NCBI GenBank assembly: GCA_001600695.1
Contig: BCKQ01000032.1
Coordinates: forward strand, 10,114-15,326
Direction: 5' to 3'
Length of the DNA stretch: 5,213 nt
From: Ascoidea asiatica JCM 7603
Lineage: Eukaryota > Fungi > Ascomycota
In this document: positions 1 through 5,213 of the stretch, in pieces
Layout: the number at the start of each line of letters is the position of its first letter
Position numbering within the stretch: position 1 is the first letter of the stretch
Translations under genes and position numbers: made by a program
Notes under the pieces: generated by a model
Told to the model about the DNA's origin: nothing
Databases searched by the model: none
The model's input: the letters and a program-made list of their open reading frames with translations, nothing else

Positions 1-592
1 ACATTTGTGGTTTAGTTGACAAAGTTAAAGTAGTTTTATTAGTTGAATGGACTTTGTTAGTCGAGTTAGTTGAGTTAGTTAATAATTTGTTTTCTTGAAC
101 CATTATTGAATGAGATTATTTCATTTGACGGTTTTAATTGAGTTTTGCATTGATTATTTAAATTGATTTCTTTAATTTGTTTTGTTGCTTTGCGAAAATT
201 CTGCAGAGGATGCCTATGTGGTATATTTGAATTATATTGTTATGGTAATTGAATCACGGGATCTTTCGTTTTTGGGGTTGAAAATGCCAGGTCTGAAAGA
301 TCATGTTAGAGGTTAATTATTGACAACTCATAAACGAGAGTCAAAGGGTTAAATCATGGAACTTAAACCAGGAGCAGGTTTTGCTACAATATTTTAATTG
401 TATTCAATTATTCTGCATAATTTCCAATGTTTATTTTCTTGACTATTTTATTGTCTGATATATGTTGATAACATTTAACGGTATGTTAGAGTTTGCAATA
501 TCAGTTGTCGGGATTTTTGAGACATACTGGATTAAATAAATTTGTTTTTGTCTAAAAATTATTAGGGTTATTGAAGAATAATGTGAATCCAT
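1..592 (-). pseudogene. Possible decayed N/Q/S/T-rich coding relic of unknown identity, running off the left edge
   Basis: The minus strand here is A/C-rich, like the coding strand of the gag region. An ATG at 592-590 begins MDSHYSS. Protein-like segments recur across frames, broken by stops: EYN*NIVAKPAPGLSSMI*PFDSRL*VVNN*PL, DLSDLAFSTPKTKDPVIQLP*QYNSNIPHRHPLQNFRKATKQIKEINLNNQ, and MVQENKLLTNSTNSTNKVHSTNKTTLTLSTKPQM. No recognisable domain. Confidence 0.3.
56..80. repeat. 9-bp tandem repeat, ~2.8 copies
   Basis: GTTAGTCGA GTTAGTTGA GTTAGTT. The unit is a multiple of three and reads TNS-TNS-TN on the minus strand. Confidence 0.7.
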
Positions 593-1447
593 TAGATAGA
601 TTAATAATAAATATTATGTATTAATATATGTAAAATAGTAAATATGAAAGTCGATCATTTTAAAACAATATCAAATTAAATATATAGAAGACAAAAACAA
701 ATAGATTTATATAGTTTCAAAAACCATAAAAAAAACCAGAATCAAAACATTTATTTAAAAGTTTTAATACTTAACATCAATATGATTAAAAGGCAAAAAA
801 ATTTTCAAACAACTTTGCAATATAATTTGAAAAACAAACCGGCGACAATGTGAAAGCATTGGTAAAGCAAAATAATTAATAAAATAATTTTTGAAATATT
901 TCTATCAAATAACAATTGGTTTGGTGAATGCTTTACAACGATTTAAACACTCAGCCTTTAATAACGATATGTGATTTTATTAAACAATATGCCACCAATA
1001 ATAAGTTTGCGAAACAAATAATTATCCTTCGGATAATGTCTGAGTAATCTAAATTAGTTACGAACTAACCACAAATTAGTCTAGACAATCACAAAAGTTT
1101 GTACACAAGCATCGTAAAATAAAAAAAAATAAAAAAAATTGCAAATGTAAACTTATGTTTTACTAATGGATAATGTTTCCTTTCAAGAAAATACTGTACA
1201 TACTATAACAAGAACTTGAAAAACTTATTTTTCAAACTTTTTTGTACAACGAGTAACAACATTTGATAACGCATAGTAGATATTTTTCAGAGTTCAACAT
1301 CAATAGTCAAGCTTGTGAATCAAAGGAGAATTGAACTTGTCATACAAAAATAAACACTAAAAAAAAACAGAGCTCTAACATCTTTAGATATGCCCCACTG
1401 GCTGCACGCATTAAACAAAAAAGATAAGGTGAAAATCTTAACATCAT

Positions 1448-1945
1448 TGTAACGATCAATAACGTTGTAAAACCTACCATAACAGTAGTGCTAGTGAACG
1501 GGTTTGAGGCGCCACGTTTGATGCATTATACGTTTTGTTGAGCTGTTAGTAAATTCAATCTCGGTAGAGGTCTTGCCGTATTTATACATTCATTCCCGCC
1601 TACCGATATTCGGTAGCTCGTGCCGTTCGTCCAGATACTGACACATAAGTTCTTTTGTCTCTGTTTGTGTTTTACATACGTTACGTTCTACAATGCAGAT
1701 CTGGATTACTGTTGCCAGCAAGCCGATAGGTCCACTCTTGCTTATTTCCCTTTATAGAATACTTTCATGTACCCATAGCTATACAGTCTTTCGTCAGATA
1801 TAAAAGATAGCTGGCTTTCCATCATCTTATCTTGTTGGATTAGGTCGGAATCGCATATATCTTATACAATCTATATTTTATTTTTTGCTTCTTTGCATTG
1901 TCTTTTTATCAACAAAATTTCTAAGGTAATAATGCTTATACTATA
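1448..1945 (+). repeat. Candidate 5' LTR (~498 bp)
   Basis: Starts TGTAACG at 1448, near where GC content rises visibly. It contains TATAAAAG (1799-1806) followed by a pyrimidine-rich stretch, and AACAAA (1911-1916), one change from AATAAA. It ends CTATA (one C>T from CTACA) just before the PBS-like site. No polypurine tract lies directly upstream, as expected for a 5' LTR. The second LTR is not in the window, so this is unconfirmed. Confidence 0.4.
1799..1806 (+). promoter_or_regulatory. Putative LTR TATA box
   Basis: Consensus TATAAAAG ~350 bp into the candidate LTR and ~140 bp before its end. The AT-rich background weakens this. Confidence 0.3.
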
Positions 1946-1946
1946 C

Positions 1947-1961
1947 TGGAGTGGAGATGCG
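1947..1961 (+). other. Candidate primer-binding site, tRNA-Ala-like
   Basis: TGGAGTGGAGATGCG. The last 11 nt (GTGGAGATGCG, 1951-1961) are complementary to the common eukaryotic tRNA-Ala 3' end (...CGCAUCUCCACCA, from recall). The site equals TGGTGGAGATGCG with a 2-nt insertion. Confidence 0.4.
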
Positions 1962-1987
1962 TCCAAATTGATGATAGAACCAAACAA

Positions 1988-2167
1988 TATTTGCTGTTTA
2001 AGTTAATGTGTGTCTACTATTTTAAGGCAAACGTTCTGAAAAGTTAATTTTTTATATTTGTTTTGCTGTTTCAGTAAATATTTGCCTATTATTTCAAAGG
2101 AAACCTTGTGAAAAGTTGATTGTCTACGTTATTTGCTGTTTAAGTTAATCGGATTCTACTATTTTAA
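1988..2167. repeat. Imperfect ~71-bp tandem repeat, ~2.5 copies, in the presumed 5' leader
   Basis: Units start at ~1989, ~2061 and ~2131. TATTTGCTGTTTAAGTTAAT is identical at 1988-2007 and 2130-2149, and TCTACTATTTTAA at 2013-2025 and 2155-2167. Units 1 and 2 share TTTGCTGTTT...CTA.TATTT.AA...AAAC.TT.TGAAAAGTT.ATT. Confidence 0.85.
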
Positions 2168-2246
2168 AAGAACTTGTTTCAGCATTTATTTTAACCATTA
2201 ATAAATCGATTGGGAGTTCCAAGTAATAATTTAACAGTATCTCATT

Positions 2247-2278
2247 AAAAAAGTAAAAAAGAAAAAAAAAAAAAAAAA
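2247..2278 (+). repeat. Poly(A)-rich tract
   Basis: A6-GT-A6-G-A17, read directly. Confidence 0.85.
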
Positions 2279-2460
2279 CAAACTTGATAATAAAACTAGA
2301 TAGTGGGTGAATATACAAAGCCAAAGAAACAAAAAATTGTCAGATATTACAAAAGGGTATAATCTAATCAAAGTGGTGGTATTTGGAGTAACAACATTCT
2401 AATATTGGTGAATCGAATTAATTTGATTCATCAAACGGAACAAATTATAATTAAGGTCAA

Positions 2461-4566
2461 ATGAATCCCGAAAATCCCTCTACTGGTGATCAAGCCAATT
2501 ATTCAAAATTATTATTTGATACAAACGGAGATCCTTTTTATGCACCAAGTGAAAACAAGGAAAATGAAAATAATATTTATAAGAACAATAATCAGAATAA
2601 TCAGAATATTTAAGACAATGAAAACAACAACAATGATGATAATGAAGAAAACAATGCCAATATTACAAAAAAATTTCAAACACCACTAGCAACGCAAATA
2701 CAATTTAAGAATCAACAATCTAAGCTAATAAGTTCTGCTTCGGGGTAGGGGGTAATTCTACATTAGAACAACTCATTTCAGAGCAAAGGTTCAGTCTGTA
2801 TCCCTGTTTAATGATTAATACAACTGAACCTAGGAACATCAAACTATATTATAATAAATTCTGTAACTATTGTACAACTTATGATATTGCCAGCTTTGCT
2901 ATTTACTCTCATCTCCAAACTAAATTTCCAGAGTTGCATAGTGTGTATTTTGGGGAATGTATGCACCATTTCGAGCATAAAAATGAGCTGAATTGGTTGT
3001 TATTTCAACATGCTGTTGACCTTCTTGGTCATTCAACGAAGATTCCCAGTTTAACCTCCTTACTCTCCAGAAGTAGATCCGATGTTTTTGCCATATTAGA
3101 AATTAATCGTCTAAAACTAATTATTTCTAAGACCAGAACCTACGTAGGTGATTAACCTTATCCATATCTCAAATATAGGGCAGTTTACAAATGGTTTTGA
3201 GGAAACGTTTTCCAAAGTGCAGATCTTTTAGTAAGAGAAAATTCAGATTTATATTACTGTATCTCCACTTGTGATCCATCGTTCAATCAAAAAGAGATGC
3301 TTCACCAATTTCTTGTTGAGCTAGAGATGTCTTCCTCGTTTAGGGTTAAACTTGACATTAAATGATTTAGAACAAAAAATGAATTATTTCACGATTAGAC
3401 TAAAGCATCCACTAATAGCAATAAAAGACAATTTGAATAGCACCAAACAATTTAAAAATGCAAACAAAAACTTGAAACCCACTACAAGAATTTTACCTGC
3501 ATATAAAAATCATAATTATTTCAATCGTATGAACAATACTTATGCTGCTCAGAACGAAGATAGTGACGATTTGATCAATCAATTCACCGATCTCAAAATC
3601 AATTTTATGCAACGATCCAAAAAGGTTTTGCATAATGCTCGTCGATAGAATCAAAACAATTTTAATATTCCTAAATGCAATCATCAATTTAATAGAAATT
3701 ATAAGAATGGGAACAATTCAAGTAGTTCAAACAATAACAAATTCAATAAGCATCGTTTTAACAGTACGTTCAATAACTCAACCTACTCAAGCAATAACAA
3801 TAGTAATTATAGTAATCCAAATAATTTCAATAACAGAAATAGTTACCAGCGATTTACTCACTCCCATTCTAGTTATAATAAATCCGAGTTCTACAATAGA
3901 AATAACAATGACTCTCCTGTTCCTGTTGGAACATGTTTCTTTTGTTGTTTTCCTGAGCCTATGCAACGTCTTTGTTTAAAACCACAAGAATATATTACAA
4001 TTAAAATTCTAACTCTTGAAAATAATAGAATATGTAATATCGATGGTCAACCTCTCAGACTTGGCCATCCACCTTTTCTTCCAAGCTTACAGATTGATCC
4101 ATTTGAAAAAGTGTTAGAAAACAGAAGTCATCCAAACAATATCCAAATTTTTGAAGGCGACTTATCCGTTGCTGTATATGTTGCTGATATTAGTCATTAC
4201 TTTACAGTGAACGCTATTGGTGCTACATCAGAAGATCAACAAGGCTGGAAAACTCATAAAGCCAGTTTTAAGCCCGATATCTCTAATGTCTTACATGAAG
4301 TTATAATGGCCGAGGATGCTCCACCTAAATTAGAACCATCACATAAAAGATTTAGTGACATTCAACCAACTGATACTGGCAAAAATACTCTAATGGATGC
4401 TTTACTTTATTGTACTGTCCCAATTTCAATCAAAGCACTGCTTGGTTTAAATAAGCCTTTAATCACCAAGTTTATTTCCACTATAAAGAAAAAGAATCAT
4501 AAGATCAAAGATTTTGAGATGAGGAAAATTACCAGTAAACCTGCGACATTAAATGAGTTAATATAA
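2461..4566 (+). pseudogene. gag: Disrupted retrotransposon Gag-like frame: Asn-rich N-terminus, capsid-like region, Asn-rich linker, zinc knuckle, spacer
   Basis: Frame 1 from ATG 2461 reads MNPENPSTGDQANYSKLLFDTNGDPFYAP..., with TAA 2611 inside an N/E/D tract. It shifts to frame 3 at the G-runs 2742-2752 (GGNSTLEQLISEQRF, then ORF 2811). Frame 3 continues past TAA 3153 and TGA 3198 as ...FNQKEMLHQFLVELEMSSSFRVKL, which resembles a Gag capsid C-terminus. It returns to frame 1 near 3360-3440 (DDLINQFTDLKINF), passes TAG 3646, and stays open through the knuckle and ORF 3961 to TAA 4564. Confidence 0.65.
3934..3975 (+). other. Degenerate CCHC zinc knuckle (nucleocapsid)
   Basis: Frame 1 reads C-FF-C-CFPE-P-MQRL-C, the exact CX2CX4HX4C spacing, with CCT at 3958-3960 one base from CAT (His). 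It is in frame with ORF 3961 and starts upstream of that ORF's ATG, so the ORF track hides most of it. Confidence 0.75.
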
Positions 4567-4587
4567 TCAACTGTCAAGAGTGAGTAG

Positions 4588-5092
4588 ATTGTGTATGCCA
4601 CTGCAATTAAAGATTTAATAAATTCAAGTTGGTCCAAAGGTGTATTAATTTATTTTGCCGCTTATGTTAATAATTCTTATATCAAGAATATTTTAATTGC
4701 TACTGGTGGTGAAATCACAACAAGATGTGAGAAACCAGCCAATGAAAGTGAACTTCCTATTTCTAAATCAATTATCCTGGGAATTGGTTTTAACATTAGA
4801 AAAACAAACTTTGTTGGTAAAGCTGATACATTCATTACAATCCATGATAACTGCTGTGATATCCAAATGATTGCGACACCGTACACCATTTCAAATGATT
4901 TTATTATTGGTCAATTTGATTGTTCCAAATGAACTGGCTTACAAAACAGTTGTTAAGGTCAACGCTTATGAAGCGCCTCATATCCAGATAGAGCTTAACA
5001 TCCCGTACAGTGTCGATATTATTAGCTTTCGAATTCCCTTATACTGTACCCACCAGATATTAAAACAAGTGGCTCAAAGGTTTCTATTTTAA
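4588..5092 (+). pseudogene. Inactivated retroviral-type aspartic protease (retropepsin) and downstream linker
   Basis: Same frame as Gag after TAA 4564 and TAG 4585. YFAAYVNNSYIKNILIATGGEIT matches the hhDTG active-site strand, with GCT (4699-4701) one base from GAT. A flap-like ILGIG segment and the C-terminal DFIIGQ motif (4897-4914) lie at plausible spacing. A probable +1 shift near 4915-4925 leads into ORF 4871 (NELAYKT...IISFRIPL). Confidence 0.7.
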
Positions 5093-5213
5093 AACTATCA
5101 AGCTGTTATGAATTAAAAGATAACAAAGATATTTTAGGTGCCATAAATGCTGTTACATTGTGAAAAACTTACTCCTTTATTACGAATGATAACATTGAAT
5201 TCTTTGCTGATAA

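Larger units (their letters stand above)
1448..5213 (+). mobile_element. Degenerate LTR retrotransposon, probably Ty3/Gypsy-like; 5' portion only (LTR, PBS, leader, gag, protease), truncated by the window edge
   Basis: Collinear order: LTR-like segment, PBS-like site, Gag-like frame, CX2CX4(H>P)X4C knuckle, retropepsin LI(D>A)TGGE...DFIIG. Protease motifs of the hhDTG...DhIhG type fit Gypsy better than Copia. The superfamily call is provisional without RT/IN order, and the left boundary is inferred. Confidence 0.75.

Noticed and set aside
849-937. Inverted pair TGTGAAAGCATT / AATGCTTTACA as MITE termini
   Set aside because: Short, gapped, with no TSD, and expected by chance in AT-rich DNA.
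1988-2167. CRISPR-like repeat-spacer array
   Set aside because: The sequences between conserved blocks are homologous to each other rather than unique spacers. There are only ~2.5 units, no cas genes, and the context is a retroelement.
2200-2278. AATAAA plus poly(A) as the tail of a SINE/LINE or retrocopy
   Set aside because: No target-site duplication or Pol III A/B boxes were found, and A-runs are common across the window (for example near 1117-1138).
2343-2389. Alternative LTR end and PBS (GATATTACA ending 2351, or CA-AAG-TGGTGGTATTTGG at 2369-2386)
   Set aside because: TTACA mirrors TGTAA at 1448, but it is not adjacent to the TGG, and I cannot match the site to a specific tRNA. Ranked below the 1947 site, not excluded.
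2486-2689. 67-aa Ile/Met/Thr/Lys-rich ORF
   Set aside because: It is the +1 shadow of the AAT/AAC/GAA-rich frame 1 that starts at 2461.
3493-3687. 64-aa minus-strand ORF
   Set aside because: Antisense shadow of the gag frame, with no motif.
3635-3979. 114-aa hydrophobic Ile/Thr/Val-rich ORF resembling a membrane protein
   Set aside because: It is the +1 shadow of the Asn/Ser codon run. Frame 1 carries the zinc knuckle.
4677-4889. 70-aa minus-strand ORF
   Set aside because: Antisense to the protease domain, with no independent support.
2461-4932. Alternative genetic code (TAA/TAG = Gln) making the polyprotein intact
   Set aside because: CAA is common and in-frame TAA/TAG are rare, the opposite of AT-rich reassigned genomes. 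TGA stops, frameshifts and dead catalytic residues would remain.

Overview
This is strongly AT-rich, eukaryote-like DNA (probably fungal or protist, inferred from composition only) with no intact gene. Most of the window (~1448 to the right edge, + strand) is best read as the 5' half of a decayed Ty3/Gypsy-type LTR retrotransposon. It has a candidate ~500-bp 5' LTR (1448-~1945), a near-match tRNA-Ala primer-binding site (1947-1961), and a leader with a ~71-bp tandem repeat and an A-tract. A broken gag-pro frame starts at ATG 2461. The supplied ORFs 2811, 3352, 3961, 4591 and 4871 are fragments of this one polyprotein, split by stops and frameshifts. The polyprotein keeps two Asn-rich tracts, a CCHC zinc knuckle with His->Pro (3934-3975), and a retropepsin with catalytic Asp->Ala (4699-4701) plus a DFIIG motif. 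RT, RNase H and integrase are not in the window. Bases 1-~592 look like a second decayed N/Q/S/T-rich frame on the minus strand, oriented away from the element. I found no convincing new biological system; the best leads are a possibly undescribed retrotransposon lineage and some RNA-structure candidates.
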